From positions 3,360,001-3,424,000 of the forward strand of contig OZ245365.1 of the NCBI GenBank assembly GCA_965226495.1: a stretch of DNA of 64,000 nt. Reading direction: 5' to 3'. This DNA comes from Candidatus Marinacidobacterales bacterium (GTDB lineage: Bacteria > Acidobacteriota > Vicinamibacteria > Marinacidobacterales > DATDRI01). Position numbers and translations under genes: made by a program. The notes under the pieces are model-generated. The model did not search any database, was not told the DNA's origin, and saw only the letters and a program-made list of their open reading frames with translations. Below, piece after piece: positions 20,637-30,846 of the stretch (its first letter is position 1; every line of letters begins with the position of its first letter).

Positions 20637-20684
20637 GTTGTAGCCCGGTCCGCTTCCGGGGTCTCAAACGCCTATAATCGGACC

Positions 20685-23351
20685 ATGTCCGACCCGCATC
20701 AGCGACTTCGCGACGACGTCCGACTACTGGGAGATCTCCTCGGAGACGTGTTGAAGTCTCAAGAGGGTCTACCGCTGTTCGAGACGGTCGAGCGCGTGCG
20801 CGCATTGGCGAAAGAACTGCGTGCCTCCGGTGCAGAGGACCTCGCCGAGCTGAGCCAGGTGTTGGCCAGTCTTCGTTTAAAGGATGCCGTCCCGGTGGCA
20901 CGGGCCTTTGCTCACTTTCTCACTTTGGCGAACATCGCCGAGCAACATCATCGCATTCGAAGGCGCCGTGATTACCAGCACGATGCCGAGCCCACGCCGC
21001 AACCCGGCTCCTGCATGGATGTGTTTCCCCGCTTGGTCGCCGCCGGAGTCTCGCCCGATGATCTTTTCAACAAGGTTGGTGCCCTCTCGATCGAGCTCGT
21101 CCTGACCTCCCACCCCACGGAGGTCGTTCGCCGCACACTGCGGCGCAAGCACCGTGAGATCGCACAGTGCTTGGAACGTCTGGATCGGCCCGACCTAACA
21201 GCTCACGAGCGTAATGGGATCGTGGACTCCCTTCGGCGCGAGATTTCAGCCTCGTGGACCACCGACGAGATCTACCGTCACCGTCCGACACCGCTCGACG
21301 AAGTGCGATGGGGCCTCGTGGTGTTCGAGCAAACACTCTGGGACGCCGTCCCTGCTTACCTGCGTGAAGTTGACGCGGCACTCGTCGAAGTCGCCGGCAA
21401 ACCGCTACCGCGGGCCGCGGTTCCAATTCGATTCGGCTCATGGATCGGCGGAGACCGCGACGGCAACCCCAACGTGACGCCCGAAGTCACCGAAAAGGCA
21501 TGCCTCCTGGCTCGTTGGATGGCCGCGGAGCTCTACGAGAAAGAGCTAGCCTTGCTGCGTGATGAACTATCCATGCGGTCGGGCAGCACGGAGCTGCGCG
21601 CCCGGGTCGGCAGAGTACCGGAGCCATACCGGGCCCTTCTGAAACAGGCGATCGCGAAGCTCCAAGCGACCCGGAAGTACGTCGAGGCGCGGCTCGAAGG
21701 TGATGCATCGCACGATGTCGACATCTATGACGATGCCTCCGGGCTCGCGGAAGTCTTAGCCCTTTGTCGGCGTTCGCTCGACGCCACCAACCTCTCACTT
21801 CTGGCTCGAGGACGGCTTCTGGATCTCGAACGCCGCTTGGCGTGCTTTGGACTCACACTCGTCCGGCTCGACATCCGCCAAGAGGCAGGACGACACGACG
21901 AGGCCTTGGATGTTGTCACCAACTACTTAGGGCTCGGCTCCTATTCGGAATGGGACGAGGAGGGGCGACAAGCCTTTCTCATCCGCGAAATTGCGAATAG
22001 ACGATCGTTGATCCCTCCCGAGCTCATGAGGGATCCGAAGCTCTCCAAGACGGTCCGCGATACGTTCGAAACATTCCGTATGATCGCGCGCCTACATCCC
22101 GACTCCTTGGGTGCTTATGTGATCTCGATGACGCGAGGCCCCTCGGACGTCCTCGCCGTCGAGCTCCTTCAGAGAATCGCGGCGGTTCGAAAACCGTTGC
22201 GTGTGGTGCCACTCTTCGAGACGGTCGCGGATCTACGGTCGGCGGGCGCGACGATGCGAACCCTTTTGTTAGTTTCGAGCTACCGAGAAGAGCTCTTCGA
22301 GGCGCACGGCCGACAAGAAGTCATGATCGGCTACTCCGACTCCGCGAAGGACGGAGGACGACTCGCCGCCGCGTGGGAGCTCTACCAGGCACAGGAGCAG
22401 ATCGTCGACGCTGCAAGAAGCCAAGGAGTTCCGCTAACCATCTTCCACGGGCGGGGCGGGACGGTGGGACGAGGCGGCGGGCCCACCGTGTTGGCCATCC
22501 AGTCTCAACCTCCCGGTTCGGTGGATGGCACGCTGAGAGTGACCGAGCAGGGAGAAATGATCGACGCCAAGTTCGGGCTTCCGGGCATCGCCCTTCGAAC
22601 CCTCGAGATCTACACCACTGCCACCTTGGAAGCGACCGTCGCTCCTGCTTCTGCTCCGAAACCTGAATGGCGTGAGCTCATGACGGAGCTCTCCGAGCTG
22701 GCACGCGAATCGTATCGGTACCTCGTCTACGAACATGCCCAGTTCCCCGAGTATCTCGTGGCCGCAACGCCCATCACTGAGCTCGAATCGTTACTGAAGA
22801 TCGGGAGTCGGCCGGCGAGACGCCGGCCCGGTGCGGGGCTCGAATCCTTGCGCGCGATCCCTTGGGTCTTCGCCTGGACCCAGAACCGCTTGCTCCTGCC
22901 GGCTTGGCTCGGCATCGGAGAGGCTCTCGTCAAGACGATGGAGGACCGAGGCGAGAAGGAACTCATGCGAATGTACCAAGACTGGCCGTTTTTTCGGTCG
23001 ACACTCGACCTCATGGAAATGGTCTTGGCGAAGGCGGACTCCGCTATCGCCGCCCAGTACGATCGAACGCTAGTACCGAAGGATGTTCAACCGTTTGGTG
23101 AAGCGCTGCGCAAGAAACTCGAGAAGACGCGGGAGTCGGTTCTGAAGACGACCAGCCATCAGGAACTGTTGGAGCAGAACCCCGTCTTACGCAGATCCAT
23201 TGCGACGCGGAACCCGTACGTGGACCCCATCAACCTCGTGCAGGTCGAGGTGCTCCGGCGTCTGCGTGAGGCGGGCGAAGACGAGCGGCTTCAATACGCG
23301 CTCTTGCTGACAATCAATGGAATCGCTGCCGGCATGCGCAACACCGGTTAG
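20685..23351 (+). CDS. ppc: Phosphoenolpyruvate carboxylase
   Basis: VLTSHPTE, QEVMIGYSDSAKDGG, FHGRGGTVGRGGGP, LRAIPWVF, AAGMRNTG C-terminus. Confidence 0.97.
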   Translation: MSDPHQRLRDDVRLLGDLLGDVLKSQEGLPLFETVERVRALAKELRASGAEDLAELSQVLASLRLKDAVPVARAFAHFLTLANIAEQHHRIRRRRDYQHDAEPTPQPGSCMDVFPRLVAAGVSPDDLFNKVGALSIELVLTSHPTEVVRRTLRRKHREIAQCLERLDRPDLTAHERNGIVDSLRREISASWTTDEIYRHRPTPLDEVRWGLVVFEQTLWDAVPAYLREVDAALVEVAGKPLPRAAVPIRFGSWIGGDRDGNPNVTPEVTEKACLLARWMAAELYEKELALLRDELSMRSGSTELRARVGRVPEPYRALLKQAIAKLQATRKYVEARLEGDASHDVDIYDDASGLAEVLALCRRSLDATNLSLLARGRLLDLERRLACFGLTLVRLDIRQEAGRHDEALDVVTNYLGLGSYSEWDEEGRQAFLIREIANRRSLIPPELMRDPKLSKTVRDTFETFRMIARLHPDSLGAYVISMTRGPSDVLAVELLQRIAAVRKPLRVVPLFETVADLRSAGATMRTLLLVSSYREELFEAHGRQEVMIGYSDSAKDGGRLAAAWELYQAQEQIVDAARSQGVPLTIFHGRGGTVGRGGGPTVLAIQSQPPGSVDGTLRVTEQGEMIDAKFGLPGIALRTLEIYTTATLEATVAPASAPKPEWRELMTELSELARESYRYLVYEHAQFPEYLVAATPITELESLLKIGSRPARRRPGAGLESLRAIPWVFAWTQNRLLLPAWLGIGEALVKTMEDRGEKELMRMYQDWPFFRSTLDLMEMVLAKADSAIAAQYDRTLVPKDVQPFGEALRKKLEKTRESVLKTTSHQELLEQNPVLRRSIATRNPYVDPINLVQVEVLRRLREAGEDERLQYALLLTINGIAAGMRNTG

Positions 23352-23365
23352 GCACTAGGCCGCAG

Positions 23366-25141
23366 TCAAGCTTCCTTTCCGCGATTGGCACGGACCACGA
23401 CGTAAACAGCCGCGAGCGCGATGAGGAAGGCTATCGCTGACCCGGCGTTCAGAATTCCCTTCTCTCCGTACCAAACGATGAAGTAACCGACCGAGCCTGC
23501 CAGCAGCGCATAGTAAAAGAAGGGAACGAGCGTCATTCGAATAACGGCGCCCTCTCTTCCCCTTAGGCCCACGACGGCGGACGCCGCAACCACGTTGTGG
23601 ACGCAGATCATGTTTCCGGCCGCACCCCCGACTGCCTGTAGGGCCACCACCCACGTCGGGTCCACGCCGATGCGCTCGCCGACTTCGAACTGGAAGAGCG
23701 AGAACATCATATTGCTGACAGTGTTGCTACCCGCGACAAAAGCTCCGAGTCCTCCAATGAACGGGGCAAAAAGCGGCCAAGCCGCGCCCGTCAACGTGGC
23801 GATGCCATCCGCGAGCACGATGGGCATCCTCTCGAAACCGGCCTCCCCTCCCCCGCTGTTGATGAACACCTGCACCATGGGCACCGTGAAAATCAAAGCC
23901 AGGGAGGCATATCCCATGGTCCGAATCGACGTTCCCCACGCCAACCGGTAGGCGTCGCCTTTCATGCGGTGCAGCAGGAAGGTGATCAGAGAAACGGTGA
24001 CGAAGACGGTGCCAGGAAGATAAAGCGGCTGCGCTTCCGTCGTGATGTCGGTGCCGAAAAGGTTCGGAGCACTCAGCTTCCAGGATTGAAGCCAACCGAG
24101 AAACGGCAGATCGCGAAGGCGAGTCAGAACGAGAAAACACCCCACCAGGAAATATGGGGACCATGCCTTGAAGGCTCCCATGTCTGGTCCGGACGGCGCC
24201 TCGTCCTTTATCGCGATAGATCCCGTCCACTCCGGCTCCCATTTTTCTTTACTTTCGAAATCCCATGCGTCCTCTTCCCGTGGAACGAGAAATCCTTTGC
24301 GGGCGGCCGGAACGACGATCGCAAGCCCCACCAGTCCCCCGAACATCGCCGGAAACTCGGGACCCAGGAACCACGCGACCATCAAGTACGGAACGGTCAT
24401 GGCAAAGGCGGCAAAGAGCGCGAATTTCCAAACCCTCAGCCCTTCAACGAAGGACCGGTTCGCCCCGAAAAATCGAGTCATGAACGCGATCACCAACAAA
24501 GGCACGAGGGTCCCGGCGATGGTGTGCAAGAAGGCGACTTTGACACCGATCATCGCGAGGAACTGGCCCCAGTCCGCATAGCCCCGTTGTGCAGCGAACA
24601 GGACGATCTCGGGGTCGCTGGATAGGCCTTTGCTCACACCGACCAAGATGGGAGTTCCTACCGCACCGAAAGATACCGGAGTGCTCTGGATGATCATTCC
24701 CGCCATGACCGCGGCCATCGCGGGAAACCCGAGGCCGACCAGCAGAGGCACCGCCACCGCCGCAGGAGTGCCAAACCCTGCCGAACCCTCGATAAAGGAT
24801 CCGAACAACCACGCGACGATAATCACCTGAATGCGTCGGTCGGGAGTGATGCCGGTGAAGCCCCGCCGGATCGCCCTCAAAGCTCCGCTCGCTTGCAGGG
24901 TATTTAGAAGGAGGATCGCACCGAATACGATGTAGATGAGTGTGACCGCGATAACCAATCCGTTTACGGTGGCCGCGGCAATCTGTACCGGGGCAACCTT
25001 CCACACCCAAAGGGCCAGGCTCGCCGCGACGAGATACGAGAGAGGCATGGCTCGGCTCGCGGGCCACCTTAGGACCACGAGGAAGATTCCCACCGCCGCG
25101 ATGGGCATGAGGGACAAGACGGCGAGGGTTCCTACCCCCAC
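23366..25141 (-). CDS. lctP: L-lactate permease
   Basis: [38 protein letters not shown]. Confidence 0.92.
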   Translation of the reverse strand: MGVGTLAVLSLMPIAAVGIFLVVLRWPASRAMPLSYLVAASLALWVWKVAPVQIAAATVNGLVIAVTLIYIVFGAILLLNTLQASGALRAIRRGFTGITPDRRIQVIIVAWLFGSFIEGSAGFGTPAAVAVPLLVGLGFPAMAAVMAGMIIQSTPVSFGAVGTPILVGVSKGLSSDPEIVLFAAQRGYADWGQFLAMIGVKVAFLHTIAGTLVPLLVIAFMTRFFGANRSFVEGLRVWKFALFAAFAMTVPYLMVAWFLGPEFPAMFGGLVGLAIVVPAARKGFLVPREEDAWDFESKEKWEPEWTGSIAIKDEAPSGPDMGAFKAWSPYFLVGCFLVLTRLRDLPFLGWLQSWKLSAPNLFGTDITTEAQPLYLPGTVFVTVSLITFLLHRMKGDAYRLAWGTSIRTMGYASLALIFTVPMVQVFINSGGGEAGFERMPIVLADGIATLTGAAWPLFAPFIGGLGAFVAGSNTVSNMMFSLFQFEVGERIGVDPTWVVALQAVGGAAGNMICVHNVVAASAVVGLRGREGAVIRMTLVPFFYYALLAGSVGYFIVWYGEKGILNAGSAIAFLIALAAVYVVVRANRGKEA

Positions 25142-25157
25142 CTAAACTCCTTCGGCT

Positions 25158-25931
25158 TCATCCCCAGAGCATCCTGGCGCCGGTGGCCAGGAGCAACAGG
25201 ATCAAGATCCGCTGCAACCAACCCACCGGAAGATAAGCACCGAGTCGCACGCCCAGAAGAGAACCGGGCAGTGAGCCAACGAGCAAGAGTCCCACCAAAG
25301 GCAAGTCCACTGTTCCAATTCCCAGATGAAAAAGACCGGCCACTCCCGTCAAGATCACCGCGTGCGTGATATCCGTTCCGACCAGGACCTTGGGAGGACG
25401 ACGTGAGAACAACAATAGCAACATCAGAATGATGCTTCCCGAGCCCACTGAGGTGAGGCCGACCAGGAAGCCACCGACGAGTCCAGTGATGGCACCTCCG
25501 TTGCGACGGTTCACCCACCCCGGAAGCAGCGATCGGAGATCGTTGCCCGTTTGCCGCTGGAGCCTGGCTTCCACTAACAACAAAAGGGGGATGACGATCA
25601 GAAGAATGCCGATCATGCGGGTCAGGACGTCATTCACACCATCACTGTAGATAGTACGTAGGTAGGCGAGGAACCCCACTCCGGCCAGTGCCCCGGGTAT
25701 GCTGCCCGCGGCCAAGTAGCCAACGAGTCCCCAGTCGAGCGTGCCTTGGCGCCAATGGAGAAGACCGGCACCGGTCTTGGTGATCGAAGAGAAAACCGCC
25801 CCCGAGCCGACCGCCACGATGGGCGGAACATGCAGCGCATAAATGAGAAGCGGGAGCAAAATCACCCCGCCCCCGAGGCCGCTCAATCCAACGAGCAGGC
25901 CGACCGCAAAACCGATAAGTATGGTTAGCAT
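25158..25931 (-). CDS. Sulfite exporter TauE/SafE family
   Basis: GLLVGLSGLGGG, LVGLTSVGSGS, LVGTDI motifs. Confidence 0.9.
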   Translation of the reverse strand: MLTILIGFAVGLLVGLSGLGGGVILLPLLIYALHVPPIVAVGSGAVFSSITKTGAGLLHWRQGTLDWGLVGYLAAGSIPGALAGVGFLAYLRTIYSDGVNDVLTRMIGILLIVIPLLLLVEARLQRQTGNDLRSLLPGWVNRRNGGAITGLVGGFLVGLTSVGSGSIILMLLLLFSRRPPKVLVGTDITHAVILTGVAGLFHLGIGTVDLPLVGLLLVGSLPGSLLGVRLGAYLPVGWLQRILILLLLATGARMLWG

Positions 25932-26072
25932 TTGGGTGAGCGGTTAGTAGAGGACCTAGTTATCATATGCAAAAGTGGAGCTTCCACCTACTAGTTTCGA
26001 CACAGCTTGGCGCTCGGCGGACGATCGGAATCCGCGTCCCGGTGTGGCCAACAACCCTGTGGGAATTTCAAC

Positions 26073-26101
26073 TTGACATTCTTGCAATGCGGGTGTACAC
26101 T
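26073..26101 (+). promoter_or_regulatory. Sigma70-type promoter for the LamG gene
   Basis: TTGACA-17 nt-TACACT. Confidence 0.6.
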
Positions 26102-26194
26102 GATTTCACAACTAAAAATTAGGTCCCCCCCGACCGCCGCTTTGCCGGCTGGATACCCCAAAACCAGACCTCGGCTCGACAGAGGAAGTGTGCC

Positions 26195-27478
26195 ATGAGT
26201 AAAACGCTCGGGCTCTTTGGGGTTTTACTGGCGCTCCTCCTTTCGCTTGCGCTCGCAAGTCCTGTCGATGCCGGCTCGAAGGGACGTCACCACGACGACG
26301 ATAGCAGCGATCATCGTAGCCGCGACGACGACAGCAGCGATCATCGTAGCCGCGACGACGACAGCAGCGACGACAGCCGAGACCAAGGACCTCCTGACAA
26401 CTGCGCCGCACCGTCCAGCTTGGTGAGTTGGTGGCCGGGTGAAGGGAATGCCGACGACGCTTGGGGCGACAATGACGGCACCGTGGTCGGCGCGACATTC
26501 AGCCAGGGCAAAGTCGGAGACGCCTTCGATTTCAGCGGCACCCTAGACTTCGTACAAGTTCCACACAGCGCCAGCCTAGACTTCAGCGCCTCCGACTCCT
26601 ACACCGTGGACTTCTGGGTGCAGACCGAAGGGATGATCGAGGGACACCCCGCGTTGGTCGAGAAATGGGCGAACTCGAGCACTTTTGCCTATCCATTCGC
26701 GGTACGACTCAACACGGGTGACCCGAATTTCCCCACCACGGTAGGCCCAAAGGGAACCATTTTTTGCGGCGTTTTCGATGGCACGAACTTTCCCTTCGTG
26801 TGGAGCAGCATGGCTGTGGACGACAACGAGTTCCATCACGTCGCCTGCGTCTTCGACGGTGCTGCCAAATCCATCGAGGTCTATATCGACGGCCATCTCG
26901 ACGGCTTCCAGGACTACACGACATTGAACGACGTCACTAGCGGGGAGGACCTGTTCTTCGGGATTCGCGGTAATCTCAATCCTCTTTTCGACTTCAATCG
27001 TCTCTTGGACGAGATCTCGATCTACTCCACCGCCCTTTCCGCGACGGAAGTAAATGACATTTTCGAAGGCGGAGATGCCGGCAAGTGCCGATCCGCTAGT
27101 GTCGACATCGACGTGAAGCCGCGTAGCGAGAACAATACCTTCAGCCGCCGAGGTCCCGGCTTCGTCCCGGTGGCGATCAACGGGAGCGCCGACTTTTCGC
27201 CGCTCGACATCGACTTCGGTACGTTAGTATTCGAGGCTCCCGAGCTCGGAATACATCCCAGACAGGGTCCGCACTGCGAAATCGTGGATTGGAACCGCGA
27301 TGACTTCCTCGATGCGGTCTGTTTCTTTAAGGACAAACCTCGCCATTGGGAAATCGGCGAAGCGACGGGCACGCTGGCCGGCGAGCTCTTCGACGGGACG
27401 GCGATCGAAGGTACCGACTCGATTCGAGTCGTGGCGCACTACAAGAAAGCCCACCGAAGGCATAGAAAAAAGAAGTAG
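26195..27478 (+). CDS. Secreted LamG/concanavalin-like domain protein
   Basis: Signal peptide; LVSWWPGEGNADD...GKVGDAFDF...HHVACVFD...LDEISIY LamG pattern; C-terminal IDVKP...VAI..D.DFGTL domain. Confidence 0.85.
   Translation: MSKTLGLFGVLLALLLSLALASPVDAGSKGRHHDDDSSDHRSRDDDSSDHRSRDDDSSDDSRDQGPPDNCAAPSSLVSWWPGEGNADDAWGDNDGTVVGATFSQGKVGDAFDFSGTLDFVQVPHSASLDFSASDSYTVDFWVQTEGMIEGHPALVEKWANSSTFAYPFAVRLNTGDPNFPTTVGPKGTIFCGVFDGTNFPFVWSSMAVDDNEFHHVACVFDGAAKSIEVYIDGHLDGFQDYTTLNDVTSGEDLFFGIRGNLNPLFDFNRLLDEISIYSTALSATEVNDIFEGGDAGKCRSASVDIDVKPRSENNTFSRRGPGFVPVAINGSADFSPLDIDFGTLVFEAPELGIHPRQGPHCEIVDWNRDDFLDAVCFFKDKPRHWEIGEATGTLAGELFDGTAIEGTDSIRVVAHYKKAHRRHRKKK
26291..26378 (+). repeat. 30-bp tandem repeat (about 3 units) encoding RDDDSSDHRS
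   Basis: cgcgacgacgacagcagcgatcatcgtagc units in frame. Confidence 0.9.
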
Positions 27479-27498
27479 AGGTAAGACCCCTGTACAGC

Positions 27499-27530
27499 GG
27501 GGACTCACCCAGCGGGTGAGTCCCCCTTCT
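27499..27530 (+). terminator. Hairpin, probable terminator
   Basis: GGGGACTCACCC-agc-GGGTGAGTCCCC followed by a pyrimidine tract, after the LamG stop. Confidence 0.65.
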
Positions 27531-27710
27531 TCATCTGATTGTCCCGACCCCCCACCTTCAAGGTTGGGCCCGGCACCCCTCCCTACGTCGACGGATACCT
27601 GACCCGAACCGCCGGTCGCGTTGTAAACGCTAGTAGATTTGGCGGCGGTTCTGACTACCGGAGCGAAGCATGTCGCGTCATTTTGACACGCAGGAACACT
27701 CCATGGCATC

Positions 27711-28721
27711 ATGGCTGATATCAACACTTCCACACTGCGATTCCCAACGTTTTCTTTCTTGCGAACCGGAGTCAGGTTGCCATTGGTGCAAGCAATAAGA
27801 CTGCCTCGCCGGGCGGTGCTAGTACTGTTCTCGATAGCGGTCACTCTTCAAATGGGTTGCGACCGAGCGAGCCGAGTGGATTCCTCCCCTACCCCACACA
27901 AAGGAGCGCGCGCTTCTCTCGATGGACGCCCGCTCATTAACGTCTCGTTCACGCATCCCATCGATAATGTCGTGACCACTAGGTACCGCCAACCCTTGAT
28001 GGACTACCTGACGGCAAACACTCCTTATCGCTTTCGCGCTCTATTGAGAATCGATTCCGAAAAGACGGTCGGTATGCTAGAGCAACGGTTGGCGGACATC
28101 GCCCACTTGGGAGTCGTGAGCTACCTGGAAGCCCATAGCCAACTAGGAGCGGTTCTGTTAGTTAGACCTCTGAACCGAGACGGCGAGCCCTACTCTCGGT
28201 CTGTCTTCGTGACAGAGCGAGGCAGCACCCTACGGAAGCTCGGTCAACTCCGTGGTCGCTCCTTGGCCCTGGGTTCTTTCCACTCCACGCTGAGCAATCT
28301 CATCCCCCGCCATGAGCTCATTCAAGCCGGAGTAACGCCCGAGACCCTCGCGAGCATCGAACACTTTGCAAACGACGAAGAAGTCATCACCGCGGTCTTG
28401 GAAGGCCGCTTCGACGCCGGTGCGGTCGAGGACGTCGTCGCCTATCGGTATCAGGAAAAGGGCCTCACGATCCTTCACGTTTCCGGTCCCGTTCCCTCTG
28501 CACCCCTCGTGATCCATTCTGAGATCCCCGATCGGGTGACCGTGGCGATACGAGACGCCCTGTTGAAGCTCGACGTCCTCGGCGCGAATGAACGCCAACA
28601 ATGGGACGAGCAGATTCGTTACGGTTTCGGTCCCGCAACCGATGCCGACTACGAGCCCATCCGCAGAATCATCAAAACGTCGTCGACCGGATGCGAGCAG
28701 GCATGCCACGGAAGTCTATGA
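27711..28721 (+). CDS. Phosphate/phosphite/phosphonate-binding protein (PhnD-like), orphan, with C-terminal CxxxCH
   Basis: YRQPLMDYL, LRGRSLALGSFHSTLSNLIP, VLEGRFDAGAV, DADYEPIR. Start uncertain; MGC lipobox-like site near 27852. Confidence 0.85.
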   Translation: MADINTSTLRFPTFSFLRTGVRLPLVQAIRLPRRAVLVLFSIAVTLQMGCDRASRVDSSPTPHKGARASLDGRPLINVSFTHPIDNVVTTRYRQPLMDYLTANTPYRFRALLRIDSEKTVGMLEQRLADIAHLGVVSYLEAHSQLGAVLLVRPLNRDGEPYSRSVFVTERGSTLRKLGQLRGRSLALGSFHSTLSNLIPRHELIQAGVTPETLASIEHFANDEEVITAVLEGRFDAGAVEDVVAYRYQEKGLTILHVSGPVPSAPLVIHSEIPDRVTVAIRDALLKLDVLGANERQQWDEQIRYGFGPATDADYEPIRRIIKTSSTGCEQACHGSL

Positions 28722-30727
28722 CGCACGCCGTGGCACCGAGGGATGGGAGGAATGGGAACGGTGGCATGAGTCAGTACGTCATCATCGTTCTATCGTTATT
28801 GCCGACACCGCTGTTGTTGTTTGCCTCCTCCTCTATCGACGCCTACCTCCGAAACCAAACCCTGCTGCATCATCAATACGAAGTCCTAGCACCATTCGCC
28901 AAGATTTCACTCGCGACTCTTTTAGTCGGTATTCTCTTGAGCGGACTGTCCCGGTGGCCGCGATACGGTGCGATTTTCCGCTTCTTCCTCGGGGCCTATT
29001 ACTTGACCGGCCTGCTTTTTCTTGTTTTCGCCTTCGGTCGAGGACTTCAAGACAAGTTGCCCGGGGTGAGCGCCTTGTCCTGGATGTACGGGACAATAGC
29101 GGGCCTCGCCTTCTGGCCGGTGCTACTCGTCGTTGCGACGGCCGTCCTCGGCAAACGCGTGACGCCCCCGGTGGTGCGAGCCTTCGCGGTCTTCGGAGCC
29201 GCCTTGCTTGCCTACGAAGGCGGTAGGCTGCTCTACAGTGTCTCGACCCAACAAAGCCCCGCGGCTGCAACCATCGCGAACCGAAGCGACACTTCAGATG
29301 GCAACTCCTCCCTCCCCAACATCTACCACCTGGTCTTCGACGCCTACCAAACCGATTTGTTTGAGCACTCACTTTCCGACGAGGCTAGGAAAGCCTTGGG
29401 AGGGTTCGTCTATTTCCCCAACAACAAAGCCCTCTGGGCACAAACACCGATGTCTCTCGCCTCCGTCTTTTCCGGCCGTCAATACTCTTATGACAGAACT
29501 CGAGCGAACTACATCGACGAAGCGTTCAATTCCAGGTCATCCATCCTTTACTGGCTCCGGTCACAGACGTACCAGAACGTAGCCTACGCCACCAGGAATT
29601 GGAGCAGGCGTGATGCGTACTTCGATTGGATGAGTTTCCATGGAGACGCCGCCATCGACGATCTCCGCGCTCTCAATACCGAGGCTTTCTGGAACCTTTG
29701 GGCCTACAGTAATACGCCGGCGCCCCTGAGAAATACTGTAGTGCGAACGGCATTTTTTGCCCAGCTCAACGACAAGGACATGACCCTGCTCGACGAAGGG
29801 AGACTGCTACCCGCCTCCGCACCAGTCAGATCTTATCTGAGCTTCGAGAAAATGATGGCGCAGGAAGGAAGGCTCTCCGCGACTGGCCGCTACACGATGG
29901 TACATGTACTGGTGCCGCACGCCCCACATAGACTATCAGCCGATTGCAACTACACCCTTGGGTCGACGCCGACCGGGCCGATGGAACAGACTCACTGCGC
30001 CCTCAAGATGATTCGAGAGTTCATTACTCTTCTCAAGGACCTGGGCCGATTCAACGACTCCTTGATACTCATCCACGGCGATCATGGAGGCCCGTATCGC
30101 TCCACGAACGATACTTCCACGGTGAGGGTGACGGAGGGCCGTTCCCGATCTCTGAATACGGTGCTGCTGGTGAAACCGATCGGGAGTCAGGGTGGTGGTG
30201 AGCTGGAAGCGCTTGATTCGAAAATGACCCTCTTGGACATCTCGAACATTATCTTGAGCTCGGTTGCCGGCCGGGCGCCGGGTCAAACCGGTCCTGCACC
30301 TTGGGACCCTCAACGCGTGGTCGTCCCTCTTGTCGAAGGCGAAATGATCGACTCGGCGGTGCCTATCTTGAAACGCCAGGGGTTCGAGCTGGCCGAAGTG
30401 AAACAGATCTACAGCTTCGATCACCCGGAGGGTACGGTCATCTCTCAAGCCCCCCCCGCTTACGAGAGGCACCTGGAAAAAACCCAAGTTGCCGTCGTCG
30501 TCTCCCTGGGGCATGTGGACGGGTCGGACGTCCTGCCTGATTTCTTGGGACGCGATGTTTCCGAAGTGTCCGCCTGGCTCCGAGAGAAGCAACTGCCGGA
30601 GTCCGCCATTCGCCACGTGGAGCATGCCCTTGCTCCTAGGGGGATCGTCGTGGGCCAGACGCCGCCGGCGGGTTCTCGCGCCGACGGGAGCGAGGAGATC
30701 GTTTTCTACGTGGGCAAAGGCAACTGA
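28718..30727 (+). CDS. Membrane alkaline phosphatase/sulfatase-superfamily (LTA synthase-like) protein with two C-terminal PASTA domains
   Basis: About 5 TM helices; PNIYHLVFD, AQTPMS, HVLVPH.PH, IHGDHG; two units of VP/LP..G...G.V..Q.P.A...S/K.G; ATGA overlap with the upstream gene. Confidence 0.75.
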   Translation: MTHAVAPRDGRNGNGGMSQYVIIVLSLLPTPLLLFASSSIDAYLRNQTLLHHQYEVLAPFAKISLATLLVGILLSGLSRWPRYGAIFRFFLGAYYLTGLLFLVFAFGRGLQDKLPGVSALSWMYGTIAGLAFWPVLLVVATAVLGKRVTPPVVRAFAVFGAALLAYEGGRLLYSVSTQQSPAAATIANRSDTSDGNSSLPNIYHLVFDAYQTDLFEHSLSDEARKALGGFVYFPNNKALWAQTPMSLASVFSGRQYSYDRTRANYIDEAFNSRSSILYWLRSQTYQNVAYATRNWSRRDAYFDWMSFHGDAAIDDLRALNTEAFWNLWAYSNTPAPLRNTVVRTAFFAQLNDKDMTLLDEGRLLPASAPVRSYLSFEKMMAQEGRLSATGRYTMVHVLVPHAPHRLSADCNYTLGSTPTGPMEQTHCALKMIREFITLLKDLGRFNDSLILIHGDHGGPYRSTNDTSTVRVTEGRSRSLNTVLLVKPIGSQGGGELEALDSKMTLLDISNIILSSVAGRAPGQTGPAPWDPQRVVVPLVEGEMIDSAVPILKRQGFELAEVKQIYSFDHPEGTVISQAPPAYERHLEKTQVAVVVSLGHVDGSDVLPDFLGRDVSEVSAWLREKQLPESAIRHVEHALAPRGIVVGQTPPAGSRADGSEEIVFYVGKGN

Positions 30728-30846
30728 ACCGGCGCCGTAGTTCCTTCTCCCTCAGTGCTGTCGATCTGGAACTGGCCGAGGAGAAAGAAGCGTGGATTGC
30801 TGCCGCTAGCCAACCAAAACTGCCCAGCAGCAGCAACCCCTCGTCG

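Noticed and set aside
19394-20677. 427-aa ORF overlapping glpK, and similar long overlapping ORFs (3393-4529, 45994-46890, 3025-3897, 37573-38337)
   Set aside because: Arg/Pro-rich off-frame or antisense shadows of well-supported genes, expected in high-GC DNA.
23349-23360. TAGGCACTAGGC motif, also near 40875 and 42876
   Set aside because: A 12-mer at two convergent gene junctions and one spacer; too short and too few copies to support a function.
26291-26378. 30-bp repeats as CRISPR
   Set aside because: Head-to-tail with no spacers, and in frame in a secreted protein.
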